Below are positions 20,822 to 32,169 of a DNA stretch of 64,000 nt, piece by piece. Position 1 is the stretch's first letter; each line of letters begins with the position of its first letter. The stretch comes from an uncultured cyanobacterium. GTDB lineage: Bacteria > Cyanobacteriota > Cyanobacteriia > Cyanobacteriales > Nostocaceae. The stretch spans positions 576,001 through 640,000 of the forward strand of contig CAVUDP010000001.1 in assembly GCA_963740315.1 (NCBI GenBank). Direction: 5' to 3'. Below the pieces are notes generated by a model, which was not told where the DNA came from, ran no database searches, and saw nothing but the letters and a program-made list of their open reading frames with translations. Both the position numbers and the translations under genes were made by a program.

Positions 20822-21316
20822 ATGAATACATCTCAGATCGACTTACTAACCCAACATAAAGCAACTTTGGGTGATGGCTATCTTCAATTTAAGCTAAATC
20901 AAAGTACTACTGCTGTTTTACAGGTAAAATTTACTCAAGAAGTAATTGTATTACCAATTGAGGCAATAACTCCAATACCAAATACATCTGTATTTATTAT
21001 AGGATTGATGAATTGGCGCAATAAAATCATTTGGGTTGTTGATTTACCAAAAATGTTCGGTTTAGAGTCGCACATTTCTCGGATACAGCAGTGCAATATT
21101 ATTACAATTCATCATCAAACGGAAACTATCGGTTTGATGGTTCCATTGGTTAAAGGTACGGTAAGATTTGATTCCAATTCTATTCAATCCGCTCAAAATC
21201 AAGTTGAAACTAGTTTGCTTCCTTATTTAAAAGGATGCATTTGGTGCGGGGACGAATCAAATTTAGTATTAAATATACAGGCTATCTTAAAATCTTTGCT
21301 TTTTGACGCTAAGTAA
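20822..21316 (+). CDS. cheW: CheW-like adaptor
   Basis: ITPIPN...GLMNWRNKIIWVVDL motif and operon position. Confidence 0.88.
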   Translation: MNTSQIDLLTQHKATLGDGYLQFKLNQSTTAVLQVKFTQEVIVLPIEAITPIPNTSVFIIGLMNWRNKIIWVVDLPKMFGLESHISRIQQCNIITIHHQTETIGLMVPLVKGTVRFDSNSIQSAQNQVETSLLPYLKGCIWCGDESNLVLNIQAILKSLLFDAK

Positions 21317-21421
21317 TTCTAATTTTTTTACTTTTGTACTAAGTAATAATTACCATCGCTTTATCAATATTTACAACTGAATAAGCTACAAGCAATATTT
21401 TAAATATTTGAGAATGGCTGA

Positions 21422-23494
21422 GTGATGAATAAACTGAAAAAAAATCCAAACCCTAAGTCTGAGTTTTCCAATTTTCCTAAGTACGTAAATTATCAACCAA
21501 GACGATCGCAGAATTCTTTTTTCAAACAAATGAATTTGCGGTTTGGTAAGACAAGTCTAAACGGTAAAGCTGTGATGCTATCTCTTGCTATTTGCAGTTT
21601 ACCCACATTTGGAATTACAGCATTGTCTTATCATTTAGGCAATCAAATTATTACCAACTATGTTACAAACGACACAAACGTAAATACTGTAAAGCAGTTA
21701 GAAGCATCTCAGAAACAATTATTATTAATGTTGCTAATTGGAACCGCATCGGCTGCATTACTTGCGGGTATCAGTGCTGCAACTCTTGCTTGTCGTTTGC
21801 TGTTACCGATTCATGCTGCTAATGAAGCCGTGAAAAAGTTAGCTAATGGTAATCTGAATAGCCGCATTCCCATCAAAGGTAAAGATGAGTTTGCTATTTT
21901 AAGCAACAATATTAACTTGATTGTAGAACAGTTACAGGATTTACTATTCCAACAACGAGTTGAAAGCGAACAATCCAAGTTACTCTCAGATGCGATTATT
22001 GCAGTTAGTCAGTCTCTAAATAATGAAGATTTATTTAATAAAACAGTTAGAGAGATTAGGCAAGTATTAGGAGCGCACCGAGTAATTATTTATCAATGTA
22101 ACTCCGATGGTGAAGGGCAAGTTATCGCTGAAGAAATTGCTCCGGGTTTACCAATTGCTTTTGGAGAGGCTATCGAAGATATTTCTATTGTCAAAGAACT
22201 TATAGAAGTTTATACTCAAGCTGAAGTTTTAGCTATTAATAATGTTGATGAAGCCGGATTGAGCGCCGAACATTTGCAGTTAATGAGAAGCTTGAAAGTT
22301 AAAGCTGTTTTACTCACGCCTATTTTTAAAGATAATAAAATCTTCGGCTTTTTGATAGCACATCATTGCTGGAAACCTCATTTTTGGCAGGCATTTGAAA
22401 TTAATTTATTAAAAAAGTTAGCAATTCAAGTTGGATTAACTTTAGAAGGGTTAAGTTTACTAAAAACAAACCAAGTCATTCAAGAGCAATTTCAAACAAA
22501 AGAAGTATTGCAACAGCAAATTGTGCAGTTGATTGACAATATTGAAGCGGTAAGTAGCGGTGATTTAACAGTGCGTGCTGAAGTTACTTCCGGGGAAATT
22601 GGTACAGTCGCCGAGTTTTTCAACTCCATCATCGAAAATTTACGCGAAATCGTCATTCAAGTAAATCTTACAGCCACCGAAGTTAATAGCGCGATCGCCC
22701 CGGATGAAACTGCAATTAATCAATTAGTAATAAATACTAATAAGCAAGCCGTAGAAATCAACCGTACTTCAGATGCCCTACGGGAAATGAGGTCTTCTAT
22801 TAAGTCTATAGCAAAAGGGGCTAGAAAGGCTGCAACTGTCGCAAGTAAAGCTTTTCATACCGCCCAAGCGGGTGGTGCGGCAATGGATTTAACGGTAGAA
22901 AACATTCATTCTCTGCGCGAAACAATCGGCGATACTGCGAAAAAAGTTAAATTACTTGGGGAATCTTCCCAGAAAATTTCTCATGTAGTGACATCGATCG
23001 ATCAAATCGCCATGCGAACAAACTTACTCGCCATCAACGCCGGAATCGAAGCCACACGTGCGGGGGAGCAGGGGCAAGGTTTTGCTATAGTTGCCGAAGA
23101 AATCGCCGTTTTAGCAACTCGCAGCAGCGACGCAACCGCAGAGATTGAAGAAATAGTTACTAATATCCAGCGAGAAACCAGCGAAGTTGTCAAAGCGATG
23201 GAATTAGGAATCACCCAGGTAGTTGAAGAAACTCATTTAATTGAAGATACCAAACAAAACTTAAACGAGATTCTTGATGTCAGCCATCAAATTGATGGTT
23301 TAGTCGAATCAATTTCCGCCGCGACAGTTATCCAAGTCAAAACTTCCAAACAAGTAACCAATTTAATGAAAGAAATTACCCAAATATCTGAAAGCACCAG
23401 CAATTGCTCTACATCCGTTTCCTTATCATTACAAAAAACTCTAGATATTTCTAATAAATTAGCCGCAAGCGTTGATGGTTTTAAAGTTAGTTAG
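21422..23494 (+). CDS. Methyl-accepting chemotaxis protein (2 TM, HAMP, one GAF, HAMP, MA)
   Basis: [13 protein letters not shown] and [30 protein letters not shown] signalling tip. Confidence 0.93.
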   Translation: MMNKLKKNPNPKSEFSNFPKYVNYQPRRSQNSFFKQMNLRFGKTSLNGKAVMLSLAICSLPTFGITALSYHLGNQIITNYVTNDTNVNTVKQLEASQKQLLLMLLIGTASAALLAGISAATLACRLLLPIHAANEAVKKLANGNLNSRIPIKGKDEFAILSNNINLIVEQLQDLLFQQRVESEQSKLLSDAIIAVSQSLNNEDLFNKTVREIRQVLGAHRVIIYQCNSDGEGQVIAEEIAPGLPIAFGEAIEDISIVKELIEVYTQAEVLAINNVDEAGLSAEHLQLMRSLKVKAVLLTPIFKDNKIFGFLIAHHCWKPHFWQAFEINLLKKLAIQVGLTLEGLSLLKTNQVIQEQFQTKEVLQQQIVQLIDNIEAVSSGDLTVRAEVTSGEIGTVAEFFNSIIENLREIVIQVNLTATEVNSAIAPDETAINQLVINTNKQAVEINRTSDALREMRSSIKSIAKGARKAATVASKAFHTAQAGGAAMDLTVENIHSLRETIGDTAKKVKLLGESSQKISHVVTSIDQIAMRTNLLAINAGIEATRAGEQGQGFAIVAEEIAVLATRSSDATAEIEEIVTNIQRETSEVVKAMELGITQVVEETHLIEDTKQNLNEILDVSHQIDGLVESISAATVIQVKTSKQVTNLMKEITQISESTSNCSTSVSLSLQKTLDISNKLAASVDGFKVS

Positions 23495-23655
23495 TTGTTA
23501 GTTGTTAGTTGTTAGTTGTTAGTGGATAGTGGTTAGTGGATAGTTGTTAGTGGTTAGTCAAAAATAAATCTACCCCCTCTACCCCCTCTTCCCCATCTCC
23601 CCCATCCCCCCATCCCCCTATCCCCCCCATCTCCCCCATCTTCCCCAATCCCCTT
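23486..23655. repeat. STRR tracts (GTTAGTT/GGTTAGT)n and (CCCCATC)n
   Basis: Tandem heptamers between the MCP gene and cheA. Confidence 0.9.
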
Positions 23656-23661
23656 GATATT

Positions 23662-26433
23662 ATGTCTTTACAAAAAGAATTAGAAATAAAAATGCAGTTT
23701 CTAGAGGAAGCAACCGAGCATCTTAATGTTCTAGAAAATGCGATCGCAGAAGCTAAAAATACTCGTAAAATTGACTTTAAAAAAATTAATGCTGCATTAA
23801 GAGCCGCTCATTCAATGAAGGGTGGTGCGGCAATTATGGGGTTTCATCCTTTAAGCGATTTATCTCATCTGCTGGAAGATTCTTTCAAGGTTTTAAAAAC
23901 TAAGAGAAATACTTTAGAGCTTGATGATTCATTACAAAGTTTACTGCTATCTGCAATTGATTGGTTGCGTCAAATAGTAGAATCAATTTCAGTAGGTCAT
24001 GATGTAGATGAACAATGGATAACTATTTTTTGCTATCCGGTATTTACAGAATTACGCGAGGTTTTGGGAGAACCTACTCCTGAAGACGCGATGACTATTC
24101 TTTCTCCGGAAGATAATCCTCAAGAAATTATATCTTTATTATTTAAAACTGAAGTCGAAGGTTATTTACAAAGATTAGAATCGTTATTAAAGCAAAAAGA
24201 ATCTTCTTTACGATCCGAAATGGTGATGATGTCTACTCAGTTGGGTGGATTGGGGGAAATGCTGCAAATTCCTGCTTTTATCCAGGTTTGCGAGTCAATA
24301 ATCCAACGTTTATCTACTGCGGTTTCCGATGCGGAAGTTGAAGAAATTGCTCGCTTGGGGTTGCAATCGTGGCGAAAGACACAAGCTTTAATGCTTGCGG
24401 GTAAATTAGATGATTTACCTACGACAATTGATGAAAATAAATACCAACAATCAAATTTAGTAGAAAATACTGCTCCAAACATAGAAGAAATTATAGAAAA
24501 ATTACCAGAATTTACTCCAATACTCACAAGAGATAAAGAACCATACGTTAGGGTACCTAACAGAGAATTAGAGCAAATTAACGATTTATTTGGCGAATTA
24601 AGCATCGGACGCAATACTATTAAATTGCAGTTAGAACGAATAAGTAAATTAATTCGCAATCTTTCCATCCGCGTCAAAACTCTCGAACGCGAAAACCACG
24701 AATTACGTTTGGCTTACGATAAATTTTCCCTACAATTATCTACTTTAAAACCTAAATATTATCAACTTCAAAAAGATTATCAATGGCATCATAGCGAAAA
24801 TATTTACAGTCTTAATAATAAATTTGATGCGCTACAATTAGAACGCTATAGCGATTTACATACACTGTCTCAAGCAGTGATGGAAAATATAGTTAAAATT
24901 CAAGAAATTACCGGCGATATTAATCTTAGTTTAGAAGATACAGACCAAGTTAATCATCTGCTTAATAGAACATCTCGAAAACTGCAACATTCCTTAACCA
25001 AAGTTCGGATGCGCCCGCTTTCCGATATTATGGAGCGTTTACCTCGCGCTTTGCACAATTTAAAGACAGAATACGGCAAAAACGTTGATTTACGCATCGA
25101 AGATACAAATATCTTAATGGAACGCGGTATTCTAGAAGCCTTAAACGAACCCTTGATGCATCTGCTCAGAAACGCTTTCGATCACGGCATCGAAAACTCT
25201 CAAACGAGAATTGCCGCAGGAAAACCCCTTCAAGGATTAATTGAAATCAAAACAGTTAATCAAGGCGATCGCACTCTCATCACCATCCGCGACGACGGTG
25301 GCGGCATACCTTTAGAAAAAATTCGCACTCGCGCTGAAAAGATGGGCTTGGATGCCCAAATGTTAGCGACTGCTAGCGATGATGATTTATTAACGCTAAT
25401 TTTTGAACCTGGATTTAGTACATCCGATTCAGTTACCACATTATCCGGGCGCGGTGTAGGTATGGATGTTGTGCGTAATAATCTCAAATTAATCGATGGA
25501 GAAATTGCAGTCGATTCTGTACCGGGAAAAGGAACAACTTTTACCCTGTCGGTACCTTTTACCCTCAGTGTAGCGCGAATCGTCTTGGTAGAAAGCAACG
25601 GCATACCCCTAGCCTTCCCCACCGATGCAATACAAGAAATCTGCTTGCTAGAAAATCTCCAAATTCTACCAACTCAAAATGGTGAAGCAATCAATTGGCA
25701 AGATTCTCTAGTTGAGTTAATTGATATCAGTAACTATCTCCAATTCGATCGCATTCGTTCCACATCATCCGTCCTAGAAATTACACCGAGGCTAGAAGAT
25801 AAGCTTGTATTAATTATTAAAAATGAAAATAAATTAATCGCAATCCAGGCAGACCGCTGTTGGGACGAACAAGAAGTGGTTCTGCGTCGCGTAGAAGGCA
25901 GCATTCCTTTACCTGAAGGCTTTAACAACTGTACGATTTTAGGTAACAATCGGATAGTTCCCTTAGTAAATCCAGCACAACTCTTAAATTTGATTGCTAA
26001 AAAAGATACATTTAACGTCAATACTAAAACCTTATCTTCCACTTCTTATTTATTACCTAAAAACCGTCAAAATTGCATATTAATCGTAGATGACTCAGTA
26101 AACGTGCGGCGCTTTTTAGCTCTTACCCTCGAAAAAGCCGGATACATTGTAGAGCAAGCAAAAGACGGACAAGACGCACTTTTCCAACTGCAAAGCGGCT
26201 TACAAGTACAAAGCATAATTTGCGACATCGAAATGCCTCGTCTTGACGGATATAACTTTCTCATCCGTCTGAAATCCTACAATAATCTGCAACAAATACC
26301 CGTTATTATGCTGAGTTCGCGCAACAGCGAAAAATATCGTCAACTGGCGATCGGGTTAGGTGCAAACGTGTATCTAACTAAACCTTATAACGAACACGAA
26401 TTATTGCAGACATTAGAGCAAGTAGTTAAGTAA
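23662..26433 (+). CDS. cheA: CheA-like hybrid kinase (Hpt, dimerisation, HATPase, CheW, REC)
   Basis: RAAHSMKGGA, HLLRNAFDHGIE, GRGVGMDVV and C-terminal IVDDS..CDIEMP. Confidence 0.93.
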   Translation: MSLQKELEIKMQFLEEATEHLNVLENAIAEAKNTRKIDFKKINAALRAAHSMKGGAAIMGFHPLSDLSHLLEDSFKVLKTKRNTLELDDSLQSLLLSAIDWLRQIVESISVGHDVDEQWITIFCYPVFTELREVLGEPTPEDAMTILSPEDNPQEIISLLFKTEVEGYLQRLESLLKQKESSLRSEMVMMSTQLGGLGEMLQIPAFIQVCESIIQRLSTAVSDAEVEEIARLGLQSWRKTQALMLAGKLDDLPTTIDENKYQQSNLVENTAPNIEEIIEKLPEFTPILTRDKEPYVRVPNRELEQINDLFGELSIGRNTIKLQLERISKLIRNLSIRVKTLERENHELRLAYDKFSLQLSTLKPKYYQLQKDYQWHHSENIYSLNNKFDALQLERYSDLHTLSQAVMENIVKIQEITGDINLSLEDTDQVNHLLNRTSRKLQHSLTKVRMRPLSDIMERLPRALHNLKTEYGKNVDLRIEDTNILMERGILEALNEPLMHLLRNAFDHGIENSQTRIAAGKPLQGLIEIKTVNQGDRTLITIRDDGGGIPLEKIRTRAEKMGLDAQMLATASDDDLLTLIFEPGFSTSDSVTTLSGRGVGMDVVRNNLKLIDGEIAVDSVPGKGTTFTLSVPFTLSVARIVLVESNGIPLAFPTDAIQEICLLENLQILPTQNGEAINWQDSLVELIDISNYLQFDRIRSTSSVLEITPRLEDKLVLIIKNENKLIAIQADRCWDEQEVVLRRVEGSIPLPEGFNNCTILGNNRIVPLVNPAQLLNLIAKKDTFNVNTKTLSSTSYLLPKNRQNCILIVDDSVNVRRFLALTLEKAGYIVEQAKDGQDALFQLQSGLQVQSIICDIEMPRLDGYNFLIRLKSYNNLQQIPVIMLSSRNSEKYRQLAIGLGANVYLTKPYNEHELLQTLEQVVK

Positions 26434-26586
26434 GTTACTGGGAGTAGGGGGAATAATAGTAAAAAAACAATATTAGGCTACCGCGTACACACATATCGTA
26501 AGATCCCCCTAAATCCCCCGCTAAGGGGACTTTAACTCCGCGTAAAATTTCCCAACCAAATGAATAACTCCTCTACCTCGAAAATA

Positions 26587-28074
26587 TTACCGTACTGAAA
26601 AAGCTTCACTCAAACGTTTTGCAACTGGTTCAATGAGGAATGAAAGCACCGATTTTTTGCGGGTGACAATTTCTCCAGTTGCTACCATACCTGGTGTTAA
26701 ATCAACTTCTTCACCGCGTACTTTTAATGAATGTTTATTCAGTTTTACTGTAACTGGGAATACTAAACCTAACTTTTCATCTGCAATCGCATCAGCACTT
26801 ATATCTAATACTTTGCCATCAACAGTACCAAATTCTTGGAAGGGGAAAGTCGCAATCTTGACTTTAACATCCATTCCTTTAGAAATAAAACCAATATCCT
26901 GATTCATGACATTAGCTTCTAAGGTAATTTCTTCTCCTTCAGGCAAAATTGATAATAGTTCTTCACCACCCTGCACTGGTCCAAGGGTAGCTTTAATATT
27001 GTAAACTTTACCGGAGATTGGAGCTTTAATAGTTTCCTGTTCTAATCGCTTTTTAGCTTCTGCAATTTTACCTTCTAAACTAGTTAATTCTTCCTGGCGT
27101 TGGTTGAGCCGCGCTAAAATTGCCGTTTGCCGCTCAGAGGCTAATCTTTTGGCTTGAGTTAGTGCAGCTTGATAAGTTTGTTGAGCCTGACGAACTACCT
27201 GTGCTTGAGTTGTAAATTCGTTTTCCAAGGAAATTACCTTATCTTGAGCTTCCGTAATACCTTTATTGACACGAGTCATTTCGTCTTTTATGCGGGTAAG
27301 TTCTACTTCAGCTTTAACTACCGTATTTTGGGAGTCTAAATACTGCAATCTGGGAATTGCACCGGGAGCCACAAGAGATTTCAACGCTTTACTTTGTTGT
27401 TGAGCAATTTTGAGACTAGTTTGAGCTTTGCTAAATAAAGTTTGAGCATTAACTCGTTGAGACTCGGTTTGAGTTAGATTTGTTTTGGCATTATTCAGAT
27501 TTTCCAGTAGAGTTTTCCGGCGAATTTTTGCTTGTTCAATAGCAGCTAAAGCACCTTTTGCTTCGGCGATCGCCGCAGTACGACGGGCTTGAAAATCTTG
27601 CAATCTGGAGGCTAGAAGCTGGTCTTGTAGAGATACTCCAGCCTCAACATTATTCCCGCTTCTTTCTGCTTCTAATCGCGCCAAATCTTCCCGAATAAGT
27701 TTAGCAGATGCCAACAATTGGTCAATTTCAGTTTCCGTCATCGTCGAATCGCGCTGAATGAGAATGTCCCCTTTCTTGACGCGATCGCCAGCTTCAATAT
27801 TCACCACTTCAATACTTCCCGCATTCAAACTACGCACCGGACGCATTTGTTTAGATGGAGTTAATTTACCTTGAGCCACAGCTACTTCATCAACTCTACT
27901 AAAATACGCCCAAGTTAAGGTTCCAAATAACAACATACTCATTCCTGCTGCTAAAAAACGAGTATACAAAGGGGGTAGTTTCTTAATAGCTTGTCCTAAT
28001 TCATAGTCAAGATAATCTTCATTGCTAACAAATCTTTGGCGATTTTGACGTGCTTGGAGAGAGGAGGTTTTCAT
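26587..28074 (-). CDS. HlyD-family type I secretion membrane fusion protein
   Basis: N-terminal TM, long coiled coil, IKAPISG, DIGFI...FPFQEFG and GMVATGEIVT. Confidence 0.93.
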   Translation of the reverse strand: MKTSSLQARQNRQRFVSNEDYLDYELGQAIKKLPPLYTRFLAAGMSMLLFGTLTWAYFSRVDEVAVAQGKLTPSKQMRPVRSLNAGSIEVVNIEAGDRVKKGDILIQRDSTMTETEIDQLLASAKLIREDLARLEAERSGNNVEAGVSLQDQLLASRLQDFQARRTAAIAEAKGALAAIEQAKIRRKTLLENLNNAKTNLTQTESQRVNAQTLFSKAQTSLKIAQQQSKALKSLVAPGAIPRLQYLDSQNTVVKAEVELTRIKDEMTRVNKGITEAQDKVISLENEFTTQAQVVRQAQQTYQAALTQAKRLASERQTAILARLNQRQEELTSLEGKIAEAKKRLEQETIKAPISGKVYNIKATLGPVQGGEELLSILPEGEEITLEANVMNQDIGFISKGMDVKVKIATFPFQEFGTVDGKVLDISADAIADEKLGLVFPVTVKLNKHSLKVRGEEVDLTPGMVATGEIVTRKKSVLSFLIEPVAKRLSEAFSVR

Positions 28075-28278
28075 AATTCAAAGCTTAAAATTCAAAATTG
28101 GGAATATTTGGGGAGAATAGAAACTTTTTTTTATCAGTATTAGGAATACCGGAAGAATACAAAATTCAAAGTTCAAAATATGATTTTTCAGTATCTAGTA
28201 TTTTTTTCACTAACATTATTTACTAATTACGACTATTTAATGAGTACAGAAGAACCATATTTTTGAATTTTGAATTAA

Positions 28279-30827
28279 TCACTGTTTTTGATAAAGCGAG
28301 TAATACAATCCTTGTTGCTCTATCAATTCTTGATGGCTTCCTTGCTCGACTAAAACGCCTTTATCCATTACTAAAATTAAATCGGCTCGTTTTAAAGGTT
28401 CAAAGCGATGGGTAATCATAAAAACGCTACGATTTTGCGCTACAGCTTGGACGTTTTCTAATACGTGCTGTTCCGTTTCACTATCTAATGCACTAGTGGC
28501 TTCATCTAATATCAAAATCGGTGCTTGGGAGAGGAATAATCGCGATAAAGCAACTCGCTGTCTTTGACCTCCAGAAAGTGCCGTACCTCTTTCTCCGACG
28601 TTAGTATCATAGCCGTGAGGTAAGTTAGAAATAAACTCATGCGCCCCCGCTCGCTTGGCTGCTTGTACAACTTGTTCGGCGTTAAATTCCGGATTATTGA
28701 GAGTGATGTTTTCAAAAACGGAACTGTTAAATAGAAAGTCATCTTGTAAGACTACTGCTATCTGTTGACGTAAGGAATTCAAATCAGCTAACTTGACATC
28801 AAAACCATCGATTGAAATCTTTCCTGATTCCGGTTGATAAAGTCCCTGCAATAACTTAGAAAGCGTACTTTTACCCGAACCACTACGTCCGACAACTCCA
28901 ACAAACATTCCCGGTTTTATAGTAACGGAAACTCCTCTTAAAATTGGTTTTTGGTCGGGATTGTAGCGAAAAACTACGTTGTCAAAATTAACTTGTCCTG
29001 ACAAAGTTGGTAAAGCTAAACCACTTCCTGAATCTGATTCTGGCGTAAAGTTGAGAATGTCACCAAGCCGTTGCACAGAAAGTAATACTTGTTGGAAATT
29101 CTGCCATAATTGCACCATTCTTAGAAGTGGTTGAGTTACCCTACCGGAAAGCATTTGAAATGCAACTAATTCTCCTACCGTTAGCTTTTGTTCAATCGCT
29201 AAATGAGCGCCAACACCCAAAATTAAGAGATAAGAAATACTATTAAGAAAAGTACTAATATGACCGCTTATATTTGATGCTGTTGATGCTTTAAAATCAC
29301 TACGAACATAGCGAGCTAATAAACCTTCCCAGCGTTCTCTTGCTGCTGTTTCGGCAGAATGAGCTTTGACTGCATGGATACCCGTTACAGTTTCTACTAG
29401 GAATGATTGGCGATCGGCATTACGGTTGAAGGTTTCGTTCAGCCAATTGCGAATTATGGGTGTAGAAACTAAAATCAGAATGCTAAATAAAGGTATAACT
29501 GCTAACGCAACTGCGGTGAGAGTAACGTTGTAGTAAAACATTAACAGCAGGTAAACCACCACAAAAATCGAATCTAGAATCACCGTGAGAGCGGTTCCCG
29601 TAAGAAACTCTCGAATATTCCCTAATTCCTGCACCCGTGCCACTACATCGCCTACCCGCCGCGCTTCAAAGTATGATAAGGGCAACTGCATTAGATGGCG
29701 AAAGACTTGAGATGAGAGGCTCAAATCAATTCTTCTGGCAGTATGTGAAAAAGTAAATATACGCAGCATTCCGAGTAAACCTTCAAACACTGCTACAGCG
29801 ACTAAACCAAATAGCATCACATCTAAAGTAGAGACGCTTTGCTGTACCATCGCTTTATCGATGATTGTTTGAGTTAACACTGGAGTTCCCAAACCCAATA
29901 CTTGCAAAGTTAAGGAAGCGATTAAAACCTCACCCAGCAAACGACGGTGACGCATAATAGCAGGTAAAAACCAACTCAAGCCAAATTCTTCTTGTTTTTG
30001 AATTGGTTCAATCTGCCACAGCCTACCGTTCCAAACTTCTGCAATCATTGACTGAGAAACCGAAACGCAAGTTTGAGCCGGGTTGTGAGGATCTGCAAGA
30101 ATTAGACGATTACCCTGTAGAGCATAAACTATCACCCAATGTTTTGCTCCCCACTCCAACAAAGCAGGGAAAGATAAATCTTTCAAATCACGCCAAGTTA
30201 CTCGCAAGCGACGTAACCTTAAGCCCATTTTTTCGGCTGTTGCGCTTAACTCTCTTGCACCTGTTCCCTCAATTGACGCTGTACTAAATCTAATTTGGCT
30301 GGACTTTGAAAATATTGTGCTGCCATTGTCAGACAAGCAGCACCAGTATTAAGACTGCAAATAAAAGGATAACCGGAAATTGGTTTTGATTTAACCGCAG
30401 TTTGAGATTGATATTCAGAACTCTCTTTTTCCCAATACTGCTGTAATTCCGGTGAATTTGCTTTGGTAAATAATTGAATATCCCAGCGAACAACCACTAC
30501 CTCTTTACTAGCAGCGACGGCTTTAAACTCACCAGAAAGTTGTAATAAATCGCCAAACCATTCGCCTGCTTTGAAAGTAGCCAGAGATTTACTTGCGCCA
30601 ACTTCTTTTAAACGAACCTTACCTTTAATTATAATAAACTGGCTACCTGAATTGTCCGTTGACCAAATTTTTTCTCCCAATTTGTAGGAAATAGATTCCG
30701 CTTGGTGATCGAATTTTACCTGTTCGGCTGGAGTTAGTAAATTTAATGGTGCTTCTTCCCAAGGTAGTTTTGGTAAGTCTTTGGAAATAACTTTCAGATT
30801 CGAGGTTGAATGTTCTTGGGTAATCAT
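28279..30827 (-). pseudogene. HlyB-type T1SS ABC transporter (cNMP + C39-like + TMD + NBD), split by a 1-bp deletion near 30266-30268
   Basis: ORFs 30246..30827 and 28279..30336 join if one G is added to AGG-GA (LRGTGARE); 2549+1 bp gives 850 codons. GRSGSGKS, LSGGQ and LDEATS present. Could be a sequencing error. Confidence 0.85.
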
Positions 30828-31003
30828 GGGAAATTAAAAATTAAAAATTCAAAGTTCAAAGTTCAAAATACATTTATTACAACATTGAGGGAGTCAGGTT
30901 ATATAATCCTCAACATCTGCGACTAAGATGAATTTAATTAATAATCGAGAAGAAATAGAGAAGAGTTTTTGAATAAAAATTTTTTTATTCAAAATTCAAA
31001 AAT

Positions 31004-31048
31004 AAAAAATAGGGGTGAGAAAAGATGTAAAAATCAACTCTCAACCCC
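31004..31048 (-). terminator. Intrinsic terminator after the PPC gene
   Basis: On the minus strand GGGGTTGAGA...TCTCACCCC is followed by a T-rich tract. Confidence 0.6.
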
Positions 31049-31107
31049 GTGTAGTTAGTTTTTCAATGTAGCGCTAGTACGAATCAACTTAAGCTAAATT
31101 AATTAAT

Positions 31108-31854
31108 TTAGGCATTAGGAGTCGCACCCGCAAAGATGTCGTAATCAACCCGACCAAATTGACCGGAACGTGGCGCAACGCGCAGTAAATAGCTTCCGCT
31201 TACTAGGTTATCCCTAGTAATGAAACCGCTATCACTACTGCTGCCTTGAAACCGATCGCCATCGGCACCATTAATACGACCATCACCGTTCTTATCGAAC
31301 CATAGCTGCATAAATGCTTTGCGTTTGGAACCCAAAGCGGCAGTAAACTCGCTGTCGCTCGCACTGTTTACCTGGAATTTATACAAGTCCTCGGTGTCAC
31401 CAGTAGAATTGTTTACAGAACCCTTGAAAAAGCGGGAAGCGTTGATGTTACCCAAGTCGGTGACTGGTTCAGTTTCTTGTCCCAATCCAGAGGTGGTTTT
31501 CAACTTTAAGTTGTAGCTAGTTGAGCCAGAACCAAATTTATTAACTTGGACAAAGTATTGTCCGGAAACTAACCCTTTAGCAGTAATTGAGTCAGTTGCT
31601 GCACCACCACGAAAAGAACCGACAATAGTATCACCTGCATCTACGTTACCATTACCGTTTCCATCTTTAATTAGACGTAAATCAGCATCTGAGCTAAGAC
31701 CAGAAAGAGTAGCACTGAAAGTCGAGGTAGTTCCAACTTGAAAACGAAAGAAATCGTTTATACTTTTACTGCTAACAGAGCCAGTAATATCACTGTTAGA
31801 AGATACAGATTGAGCTTGAGAAAGACTATTATTGGGTTCGCGTTCAAAAACCAT
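31108..31854 (-). CDS. Tandem PPC (pre-peptidase C-terminal) domain protein, probable T1SS cargo
   Basis: EREPNNSLSQAQ, DFFRF..LSGLSSDADLRL..G.YFVQV and a second repeat; DxNGNG/DKNGDG Ca-loops; no Sec signal; AAGGAG RBS. Confidence 0.8.
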   Translation of the reverse strand: MVFEREPNNSLSQAQSVSSNSDITGSVSSKSINDFFRFQVGTTSTFSATLSGLSSDADLRLIKDGNGNGNVDAGDTIVGSFRGGAATDSITAKGLVSGQYFVQVNKFGSGSTSYNLKLKTTSGLGQETEPVTDLGNINASRFFKGSVNNSTGDTEDLYKFQVNSASDSEFTAALGSKRKAFMQLWFDKNGDGRINGADGDRFQGSSSDSGFITRDNLVSGSYLLRVAPRSGQFGRVDYDIFAGATPNA

Positions 31855-32041
31855 GATTATTTGACTCCTTAATTTAAGTAAATTGAACTGTTATCAGCTA
31901 CTAAGCTAATTAATATATAGATAATGTCGCCGTTTGCTTTTTTGTTCTTAAGTTAAAGATAATCATTAATCGAGAATAACTAGAGAATATTTATTACCTT
32001 ATGACTTTTTTTTCAGATTTTAATAAATATGACAAAATACT

Positions 32042-32070
32042 AAAAAACTCTCCTAAATCATTTAGGAGAG
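32042..32070 (-). terminator. Intrinsic terminator after the PPIase gene
   Basis: CTCTCCTAAAT-C-ATTTAGGAGAG inverted repeat followed by T6 on the minus strand. Confidence 0.65.
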
Positions 32071-32169
32071 CTAATAAAAAATAACATACAAATACAACAT
32101 CATTGAGGTTATTGTTGAAGCTATTAAATTAAATATAATGATGAATCGAAAATAATTACAATTCAAAAT

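Noticed and set aside
30270..30336. N-terminus MSDNGSTIF... of ORF 28279..30336 as a real start
   Set aside because: It is an out-of-frame read of the upstream half of the frameshifted hlyB.
26587..31854. Bacteriocin/RiPP export cluster
   Set aside because: The C39 catalytic Cys is replaced by Thr, and no double-glycine or Nif11 precursor or modifying enzyme is present.
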